From Halomicronema hongdechloris C2206 (GTDB lineage Bacteria > Cyanobacteriota > Cyanobacteriia > Phormidesmidales > Phormidesmidaceae), in the NCBI RefSeq assembly GCF_002075285.3, contig NZ_CP021983.2:4560001-4592000 (forward strand): a stretch of DNA of 32,000 bases. Reading direction: 5' to 3'. Shown one piece after another: positions 25,229-32,000 of the stretch. Made by a program: the position numbers and the translations under genes. Under the pieces are notes generated by a model. The model made no database searches. It saw only the letters and a program-made list of their open reading frames with translations, and was not told where the DNA came from. Position 1 is the stretch's first letter. Each line of letters begins with the position of its first letter.

Positions 25229-26203
25229 TCATACCGGCAAGTCGGCTCGAGGATCAAAGGTTTCGATGGCTCGCAGTTCTTCATAGAGGGCTTTCTCCCG
25301 ATCGCTCAGGTAGCTAGGCACCCCGATCCGGACCACCACAATCTGATCCCCGCGCCGCTGCTGGCCCACGGGATAGCCTTTACCCGCCATGCGCAGGCGC
25401 TGCCCCGGCTGAACTCCAGCGGGAATAGTCATGCGTACGGGGCCATCCAAAGTGGGCACTTCAATCACGCCGCCCAGGACTGCTTCGCTGGGGGTTAGGG
25501 GCAAACGGCAGACGATATCATCTCCCTGCAACGTGAAGAAGGGATGGGGCTCCACTTCAATCCGCAAATAGAGATTGCCACCGCCAATGCCTTGCCCTTT
25601 GAGCCGAATCCGGTGTCCGGTAATCATCCCGGGGGGCATATCCACTTCTAAGGAGCGGCCATCTTCTAAGCGAATGCGCTCCCGACCGCCGGCATAGGCC
25701 TTTTCCAGGGGGACGGTGAGATTTGCTTCGGCGTCGCGACGACCAGGACGACTACTGGCTACTGTGTAGGCTGTCTTACGCTTACCCGGGCGATAGGGAT
25801 CCCGTTCTGGCACCTGGCTGCCATTGCTGCCCCCATTGTCGCGATGGCGATTCAGCAGTTGGTCAACGAAATTATCGAAGTCCCGAAATTCGGCAAAGTC
25901 AACATCATCCAAGGGAACGCGGCTACTGCGCCCAGCCGCAGACCTATTGCGGCCGAAGGGATTGCTGAATCCCTTCTGTTTCCAAAAGCGACTGAACTCT
26001 TCATACTGGGCTCGCTTATCGCTGTCCGAGAGCACTTCATAGGCTTCTCCCAGCAGCTTGAATTGCTCCTCTGCGGTTTTATCCCCCGGATTCATATCCG
26101 GATGGTATTGCCGAGCTAAACGACGGTAGGCCCGCTTAATATCTTCCAGCGGCGCATCTCTGGCAACTCCCAGAATCTCGTAATAGTTCCGAAAGTTCTG
26201 CAT
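25229..26203 (-). CDS. dnaJ: DnaJ-family co-chaperone without a zinc-finger domain (CbpA/DnaJ3-like)
   Basis: 324 aa. The J-domain reads YYEILGV...IKRAYRRLARQYHPDMN. The C-terminal substrate-binding domains are present and no CxxCxGxG repeats occur. It lies downstream of dnaK in the same orientation. Confidence 0.85.
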   Translation of the reverse strand: MQNFRNYYEILGVARDAPLEDIKRAYRRLARQYHPDMNPGDKTAEEQFKLLGEAYEVLSDSDKRAQYEEFSRFWKQKGFSNPFGRNRSAAGRSSRVPLDDVDFAEFRDFDNFVDQLLNRHRDNGGSNGSQVPERDPYRPGKRKTAYTVASSRPGRRDAEANLTVPLEKAYAGGRERIRLEDGRSLEVDMPPGMITGHRIRLKGQGIGGGNLYLRIEVEPHPFFTLQGDDIVCRLPLTPSEAVLGGVIEVPTLDGPVRMTIPAGVQPGQRLRMAGKGYPVGQQRRGDQIVVVRIGVPSYLSDREKALYEELRAIETFDPRADLPV

Positions 26204-26286
26204 GAATCGTGGCTATTTGACAATGAATAGATTGAACCAAATCAGGAGGGGGCCATCTCCTAGGGCCATGGCGGAGACGGCTGCCC

Positions 26287-26493
26287 CTAGAACCATTCAT
26301 CCTCATCACCCCAGTCTTCGTCATCGTAGCGCCTGGGAGGAGCATTATCGGGAGAGGCCGGTTGAGACCGTGGCGGCCCATTGCCCCGATCCTGGGGGGG
26401 CTGTCGCCTGGGAGGACGTCCGCCTCGCCGGGAAGCAGCCGGCGGATACTCCATCTTCAGGCCGGTTGTCGTAAGGGGGAGTACTGCGGTCGT
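26287..26493 (-). other. 68 sense codons in the dnaK reading frame directly after its TAG stop, ending ..RRYDDEDWGDEDEWF*
   Basis: The TAG at 26494-26496 and the TAG at 26287-26289 are in the same frame with no other stop between them. The stretch has the same composition as the DnaK tail. It contains a 55-codon ATG ORF (26287..26454), too short for the track. Confidence 0.4.
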
Positions 26494-26541
26494 CTAGATA
26501 ATCCTTCCCATACCTGGTTGCGATCCCAATTGTCGCTCGCT
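26441..26541 (-). repeat. Degenerate second copy of the ~100-nt dnaK-tail repeat
   Basis: This copy aligns with 26651..26754. It carries a 2-nt gap (GAAGACGATTGG versus GAAG--GATTAT) and is out of frame relative to dnaK. Confidence 0.7.
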
Positions 26542-28656
26542 GGTGGTTCGGGGGGGATAGGGGTCCCGCGGCTGGGGCCGACGAGGGCGACGCTGATTTG
26601 CGGCATGATCCCAATCTCTTCCCCAGGCAGCGGCCGGGGCCCGGCGCGGGGCGGGTGCTCCGTAGTCAGGCCGATTGTCGTAACGGGGAGGACGGCGGTC
26701 GTCTAACCAATCGTCTTCCCAACCTAGGTTGCGATCCCAATTGTCGCGATAGCTGGGGGCTGGTTCTGGTTCTGGCTCGCCGCGAAAGGTGCGACGCAGG
26801 GTGCCACCGATTTGCCCCAGTAGATCGCCCTCGTCTTCGTCTTCATAGAGATAGGCTTCTCGGTTCAGGTCATACAATTCGTCTTGCAGGTCGGCTTGGG
26901 CAATATCAATGCCCCGCTCATCGGCTTGGGCTAGGTAATCGCGCAGTTCCTGAATCAGACTTTCAATGCGGCGGCGGCGGTCGCGGGCGAATTGCATGCC
27001 GAAGTCTAGGGCCACTTCTCGCAGTAGCCGCTCGGCCTGATAAGTCAGGGCTTCGGCCCGGTTGCGTTTTTCTACCCGTTCCCGCTGCAACCGATCGGTT
27101 TCGGCGAATTCTTCTGCCTCTCGAATCATCTGTTGCACATCGGCCTCCGATAGATTCGAGGCCCCCTGCACGGTCAGCACCTGCTCTCGCCCGGTGGTTT
27201 TATCCATGGCGGACACTTGCAAAATGCCGTTGGCATCGATGTCGAAGGCGACGGTGATCTGGGGCACCCCTCGCGGCGCCGGGGGAATGCCCATGAGCTT
27301 AAAACGTCCCAGGGACTTGTTGTCGCGGACCATCTCCCGCTCTCCTTGCAAGACATGGATCTCGACGGCGGTTTGATTATTCTCGGAGGTGGAGAAGACG
27401 TCGGCGCGCCGCACCGGAATGGTGGTGTTGCGGGGGATTAGTTTCTTCATCACCCCGCCGATGGTCTCTAGGCCTAAGGATAGGGGAGTCACATCTAGCA
27501 GCAGGATGTCTTGCAGATCCCGGGTGAGAATGCCGGCTTGGATGGCTGCCCCCACGGCAACCACTTCGTCGGGGTTGACGTTTTGGTTGGGCTCTAGATT
27601 AATTTGCGATCGCACCAAATCCTGCACCATGGGCATACGGCTGCCACCGCCCACCAAGACCACTTCATCGATCTGGCTGGGGGAGACCCCGGCATCGGCA
27701 AAGGCCCGCTTCAAGGGTCCCCGCAGGCGACTGAGCAAATCGCCGCACATGCCCTCAAACTGGGCTCGAGTCAATCGGGTCTCCAGGTGTTTGGGACCAT
27801 CCTCAGTCGCGGTAATGAAGGGCAAATTAATCTCGGTGACAGTCACCCCAGACAGCTCAATCTTGGCCTTCTCAGCGGCCTCCGTCAGGCGTTGCAGGGC
27901 CTGGCGATCCCGTCGCAGGTCAATGCCTTCCTGCTCTAAGAATAAATCCGCTAACCAATCGACGATCCGCTGGTCAAAGTTCACCCCGCCCAGTTGATCA
28001 TCGCCAGCGGTAGCCCGCACCTCAAAGACACCGTCGCCCACGTCTAATAGGGAGACATCGAAGGTGCCACCGCCTAAATCAAACACCATGATGGTTTGAC
28101 TGTAGGATTGCTCCAAACCATAGGCCAAAGAAGCAGCCGTGGGCTCATTTAGGATTCGCTTCACCTCTAGCCCGGCAATGCGCCCGGCATCCCGAGTCGC
28201 TTGGCGTTGAGCATCATTAAAGTAGGCTGGCACCGTAATCACGGCCCCCGTCACCGGCTGTCCCAAATAGCGACTGGCTTCATCCGCCAACTTACGCAGA
28301 ATCATGGCGGAGAGCTCTTCCGGCGCAAAACTCTTTTCCAATCGCGGACAGTCCAAGCGAATCCCACCGGATTCCTGCCGCCGAATGGTATAAGGGACCT
28401 GCTTCAGCTCTGGTGGGAGTTCGGCATACCGCCGTCCCATGAAGCGTTTGACCCCGTAGAAGGTATTCTGTGGATTCAACACCGTTTGTCGCCGGGCCAT
28501 TTGACCCACCAATCTCTCTCCTTCCTTGCTGAAGGCAACTACGGACGGGGTGGTGCGCATCCCCTCGGCATTGGCAATGACAATAGGCTTCCCCCCTTCC
28601 ATCACCGCTACAACTGAGTTGGTGGTGCCCAGGTCAATGCCGACTACTTTACCCAT
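26494..28656 (-). CDS. dnaK: Hsp70 chaperone DnaK with a long Pro/Arg/Asp/Trp-rich C-terminal tail (DnaK3-like); the 3' end is uncertain
   Basis: 720 aa as given. [17 protein letters not shown] and [10 protein letters not shown] are Hsp70 signatures. The tail beyond about residue 620 is low-complexity and repeat-bearing. See the finding on 26287..26755. Confidence 0.9.
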   Translation of the reverse strand: MGKVVGIDLGTTNSVVAVMEGGKPIVIANAEGMRTTPSVVAFSKEGERLVGQMARRQTVLNPQNTFYGVKRFMGRRYAELPPELKQVPYTIRRQESGGIRLDCPRLEKSFAPEELSAMILRKLADEASRYLGQPVTGAVITVPAYFNDAQRQATRDAGRIAGLEVKRILNEPTAASLAYGLEQSYSQTIMVFDLGGGTFDVSLLDVGDGVFEVRATAGDDQLGGVNFDQRIVDWLADLFLEQEGIDLRRDRQALQRLTEAAEKAKIELSGVTVTEINLPFITATEDGPKHLETRLTRAQFEGMCGDLLSRLRGPLKRAFADAGVSPSQIDEVVLVGGGSRMPMVQDLVRSQINLEPNQNVNPDEVVAVGAAIQAGILTRDLQDILLLDVTPLSLGLETIGGVMKKLIPRNTTIPVRRADVFSTSENNQTAVEIHVLQGEREMVRDNKSLGRFKLMGIPPAPRGVPQITVAFDIDANGILQVSAMDKTTGREQVLTVQGASNLSEADVQQMIREAEEFAETDRLQRERVEKRNRAEALTYQAERLLREVALDFGMQFARDRRRRIESLIQELRDYLAQADERGIDIAQADLQDELYDLNREAYLYEDEDEGDLLGQIGGTLRRTFRGEPEPEPAPSYRDNWDRNLGWEDDWLDDRRPPRYDNRPDYGAPAPRRAPAAAWGRDWDHAANQRRPRRPQPRDPYPPRTTSERQLGSQPGMGRII
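26651..26754 (-). repeat. First, in-frame copy of the dnaK-tail repeat
   Basis: It encodes [37 protein letters not shown]. Confidence 0.7.
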
Positions 28657-29146
28657 CCGTCTTGGTCTCTCCTCGTGTGTCCGACGTGTGCGCTACATCC
28701 TAGCGCCCTACTCACCCTGTTGACTCAGAGTCTGTTCCCACAGTGGCCAAGCTATGACCGCACCTCAGGACGACAAGTAGAAGCAGCATGACGCGATAGG
28801 ATAGACACTTTTCTTAATAATAAAGCCTGGTATCCTAGCTAGGCTTCGATTCTATAGCAACCGCCACAAAGCTTTGTAGGACCATGGCTAGCGTGCTCCT
28901 GAGTGTGAAGCTGCCACAGAGGCATCCTGTCCTCAGCCATCTGGCCAGTACTACGCCTATATCTATTACATCTATTACGCCTATATATATAGTAGAACCG
29001 GCTACAGGGCGGTATATAGTGCAACTGGCTGTATCGGGGATGACTTCCCCGCGGTCCTTAATGGCAATCCAGGGCAGGCTCAGGCACTTTCTTGGGGCCC
29101 AGAGCAAGACGATGGCAGAATTTATTGCTACAATACAGAGCCGAAC

Positions 29147-29228
29147 GCGGATGTGGCGGAATTGGTAGACGCGCTAGATTTAGGTTCTAGTGCCTTCGGG
29201 CGTGAAGGTTCAAGTCCTTTCATCCGCA
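29147..29228 (+). tRNA. tRNA-Leu (anticodon UAG), class II with a long variable arm; no CCA encoded
   Basis: The acceptor stem GCGGATG pairs with CATCCGC. The D-arm reads GCGG-AATTGGTAGA-CGC. The anticodon stem CTAGA/TCTAG encloses the loop TTTAGGT. The variable arm reads TGCCTTCGGGCG. The T-arm reads GAAGGTTCAAGTCCTTC. Confidence 0.9.
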
Positions 29229-29381
29229 TCATCACAGTTGTTATCCAGTCTCTTGCCGGCTGTGGCAAGGGAGATGGGCGCTCGCCAGATCATCTCTAAG
29301 CTATCTCTGCAGACGAGAGAGCATCGGCGATGGACCACGCCTCGATACTATAGAGACAACACTCTCTCATTGAGGCGATTT

Positions 29382-30530
29382 GTGCTGCTCTCCAAAGGCT
29401 TTGAAGTCGAACTCTACACAGGTACCCCGGCAGGCAACATTGTGGGCTTGTCAGATCGGATCGTGGCCGATCTGAATGGATTTGTCCGTGAACCCGATAG
29501 TCGCAATGTTGAATACACTACTCCCCCCCTGCGTCGTTATGAGCAGCTCTTATGCGAATTAGTCAGACCCCGTCAGCAGCTGCGCGCCTACCTAAAGCAG
29601 TTGGGGAACTACACGCTGATTCCTGGCAGCAGCTTGGCCCTAGGAGATACCCACCGATTCTATCGGTCTGACCCTGATAATCCTTACCACACCTATATTG
29701 AGCACACCTATGGCACCAAGGTTGTCACCGCCAGTGTGCATATCAACATTGGCATTGCGAATCCCGAGTTGCTAATGCAAGCTTGCCGTTTAGTGCGAGT
29801 GGAAGCGCCCCTCTACTTAGCCTTGACGGCCTCATCTCCTTTCTTAGGGGGGCAGATCACAGGGGCTCATTCTAGCCGTTGGCGCGTCTTCCCGAAAACA
29901 CCGCCCCAAGTGCCTCTGTTTGAAAGCCATCAGCACCATATTCAGTGGACAGAACACCAGCTAGAGCAGGGGTCTATGCAAAATGTGCGCCACCTATGGC
30001 TATCGGTGCGCCCCAACGGCGATCGCCGTCCCTATTGCCTGAATCGTCTCGAGTTGCGGATCTGTGACTTAGTCAGTGATCCGGTTCAGCTGTTGGCGGT
30101 GACGGCGTTACTGGAAGCTCGGCTGTTGCAATTGTTCCAGGATCCCAGTCTCGATCCGCTGGAGTCGAGCCAATTAGCGGCCCACACTCGGGCTGACGAG
30201 CTCTTGCAGCTGACAGATGCCAATGAGATCGCCGTGGCCGATCAGAGTCTGGAGGCCCAACTGCGGCACTGGCGTGATGGTAGCCCCATCTTGGCCGCCG
30301 ATTGGCTGCAGCAACTCTATGATCAGGTCTGGCCCACGGCTAAGGCCTACGGCATCAGCTGCTTTCTGGTGCCCCTGAAAAAAATTCTGCGCCAGGGCAA
30401 CGAGGCCCAGCTGTGGTTACGCCAAGCCCAGACTGCTAGTGTCTCTCAGGTGGTGGTACAGGCCATTGACACCATGCGGCGTCAGGAAGAGGGCCTGAGC
30501 GACGATATCTGTGAACCGAAGGTTGCCTAA
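29382..30530 (+). CDS. gshA: Glutamate--cysteine ligase (cyanobacterial GshA type)
   Basis: Track ORF 29190..30530 starts inside the tRNA. The conserved protein begins at (V)LLSKGFEVELYTGT. I prefer GTG 29382, with GAGG 5 nt upstream. REPDSRNVEYTT, YHTYIEHTYGTKVVTASVHINIGI and LELRICDL are family-typical. Confidence 0.8.
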   Translation: MLLSKGFEVELYTGTPAGNIVGLSDRIVADLNGFVREPDSRNVEYTTPPLRRYEQLLCELVRPRQQLRAYLKQLGNYTLIPGSSLALGDTHRFYRSDPDNPYHTYIEHTYGTKVVTASVHINIGIANPELLMQACRLVRVEAPLYLALTASSPFLGGQITGAHSSRWRVFPKTPPQVPLFESHQHHIQWTEHQLEQGSMQNVRHLWLSVRPNGDRRPYCLNRLELRICDLVSDPVQLLAVTALLEARLLQLFQDPSLDPLESSQLAAHTRADELLQLTDANEIAVADQSLEAQLRHWRDGSPILAADWLQQLYDQVWPTAKAYGISCFLVPLKKILRQGNEAQLWLRQAQTASVSQVVVQAIDTMRRQEEGLSDDICEPKVA

Positions 30531-30725
30531 GGGGGGATGGGGCTGCCAATGGATGTTGAGCTTGTGGCCACGTGGCAGGCACTAGGCTTGACATCAGTGG
30601 CTCGCCTGGATTAGCGGCCCCGATCGGTTGTCGGGATCACCGATATATTAAAAAATTCTATAGCTCCGTCGCTATCCTGAGCGGTCGGCTGGTAGTTAAG
30701 GAGCCAGTGTGCTAAAGAAGCGTGT

Positions 30726-31187
30726 ATGCCTCGGGTCGTGTTAGTAAATCCGCAGATTCCGCCCAATACTGGCAATATTGCCCGAACCTGTGCCGCCATG
30801 GCTCAGGAATTGCATTTAATCAAGCCCTTGGGCTTTGAATTGAGTGATCGCTACTTGAAACGAGCGGGTCTGGACTATTGGCCCCATGTCAGCCTCAAGG
30901 TCCATGAGGATTGGGACAGTTTCGCCCATCACCGGGACCAGCGCGGCGGCCGCTGGATTGGCTTTAGTACTTCAGGAGAGCAGAGCTATATCACTTTTGA
31001 ATTTCACCAGGATGATTGGCTATTATTCGGGGCGGAGACGACGGGGTTATCTAGGACGGTGCTGGCTCGGTGCGATCGCACCCTACATATTCCGATGATT
31101 CAACCCCAGGTTCGCAGTCTCAATCTCTCCGTTAGTGTCACCATTGGCCTGTTTGAGGCCCTACGTCAGCTGAACCAGATCCAGTAA
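30726..31187 (+). CDS. trmL: tRNA (cytidine/uridine-2'-O-)-methyltransferase TrmL (SpoU family)
   Basis: 153 aa. It has VVLVNPQIPPNTGNIARTCAA, LKRAGLDYW, LLFGAETTGL and IPM....RSLNLSVSV. Confidence 0.85.
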   Translation: MPRVVLVNPQIPPNTGNIARTCAAMAQELHLIKPLGFELSDRYLKRAGLDYWPHVSLKVHEDWDSFAHHRDQRGGRWIGFSTSGEQSYITFEFHQDDWLLFGAETTGLSRTVLARCDRTLHIPMIQPQVRSLNLSVSVTIGLFEALRQLNQIQ

Positions 31188-31872
31188 CCGCGCACCGACT
31201 CGAGGCCAGACATCCAGCCGAGTCTCCATGATTTTGAATTGAATTGGCTCTATCACTGCAACGTTGAACAGCGACTCAATTGATAAGCAATCCTGACCGC
31301 ATCTTATCCCAGCTCAGCAACTCCTTCCTCTCCAGAGAAGACCTGCCCATAAAATTGGTTGCCGAGACTACGAAACAGGCGATTTTTCAATAAGGATTTT
31401 CTATGGAACCATCCCCGCTATCACCGGGTAGTCTATTTTCTCTTGACAGGAGATTCCCCCGGGTTAAAACCTTCGATGAAGTGCTCCTCGACCAGATGCT
31501 GATTCAATCATTTTGACGCCATAATGCCCTGAGACAACTAGCGTAAGGGTTGAAGCGCATGTCTTGACACTGTCAAAGATTAGACATTTTTATGGCGATG
31601 AAAAGTTGGACTTAAAAAATCCCTGAGTTAGTAAAGTCCACCAGAGCTTTTATCGGCTTTTATCGTTGACCTATGCATCAAGGCGAATAATTGAATTTTA
31701 TGGGCACTCATGTAAAGGTTGCCTAAGTTGCTAAGGCTAGGGTAATGTTACCTAGTCAAGGCCAATCTCCGGTGGAAAACCACCATGCTCGATGTTTCAC
31801 ACCGCATCCTTCGGCATACGTCATCGTTAGCCTCAAGGTGGGTCGGTGTTGTGGAAACAGTTGAACGCTGGT

Positions 31873-31998
31873 CTAAGGAGGTCGTTCCTTGAAACGAGCA
31901 TTTTCGCAGGAGCCTACGTCGAATCCTGATTCATCCTCGATGGATAGGACTAGGCCAGGGCTTACAGGAGGCTGTTCTAGAGTGCGCCAATCCGCTGC
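31873..31998 (-). mobile_element. Possible DDE (IS630-like) transposase fragment running in from beyond the window end and stopping prematurely
   Basis: Minus-strand translation gives AADWRTLEQPPVSPGLVLSIEDESGFDVGSCENARFKERPP*. The ..(V/L).(F/I).DESGF.. block resembles the first catalytic-Asp region of DDE_3 transposases. The match is only about 40 residues and weak. Confidence 0.2.
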
Positions 31999-32000
31999 TG

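Noticed and set aside
26287-26496. Programmed stop-codon read-through or ribosomal frameshifting as an explanation for the open frame after the dnaK TAG
   Set aside because: The repeat copy around the stop is only meaningful in the other two frames. Its boundaries coincide with a homopolymer run and a 2-nt gap, so ordinary indels (real or sequencing) explain it better than recoding.
28835-29168. Two overlapping ORFs (28884..29168 + and 28835..29107 -) in the dnaK / tRNA-Leu spacer, with short direct repeats (TACGCCTATAT twice, ATCTATTAC twice)
   Set aside because: There is no recognisable family signal. The region is AT-rich and promoter-like, and the plus ORF runs into the tRNA. The repeats are too short to interpret.
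29190-29381. The track start of the gshA ORF at 29190
   Set aside because: It begins inside tRNA-Leu (29147..29228). The conserved GshA sequence starts only at ..LLSKGFEVELYTGT, and the upstream 64 codons have no family similarity.

Overview
This is a cyanobacterial chromosomal window. I located at least 13 exact HIP1 octamers (GCGATCGC). Marker genes are ycf65/PSRP-3, a split atpB-atpE-type operon, a dnaK3/dnaJ3-like pair, a PetC-type Rieske protein and an orthocaspase. Layout by region follows. (i) 0.1-2.7 kb holds a large two-enzyme peptidoglycan hydrolase convergent with the small heat-shock gene hspA. (ii) About 2.75-10.2 kb is an accessory conflict island. It contains an HNH remnant, a DUF4160/DUF2442 pair, a caspase-FGE-sulfatase fusion preceded by a decayed EACC1-like gene, YefM/YoeB, an HTH-ImmA/IrrE gene plus an internally deleted DUF4411 gene, and an intact EACC1-like gene translationally coupled to a Uma2 nuclease. 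(iii) 10.2-17.7 kb is housekeeping and miscellaneous: ftsX, a phytase-like lipoprotein, a 15/16-residue-repeat secreted protein, a GNAT fragment, an aldo/keto reductase, a P450, a HAD hydrolase and ycf65. (iv) 17.7-22.9 kb is a sulfide/redox cluster: a Tll0287-like c-heme protein, sqr, a DUF302 remnant, DUF2892, a PetC paralogue, an ArsA/Get3-like ATPase and a rhodanese. (v) 23.1-31.2 kb holds ATP synthase epsilon and beta, dnaJ3-like, dnaK3-like with a scrambled 3' tail, tRNA-Leu(UAG), gshA and trmL. (vi) 31.2-32.0 kb is a non-coding tail with a possible transposase remnant. The most interesting candidate is a pair of EACC1-like constant components, each placed directly upstream of a different effector (caspase-FGE versus Uma2 nuclease), with no NTPase partner in the window. 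All family assignments come from motif recognition by eye and need profile searches to confirm.
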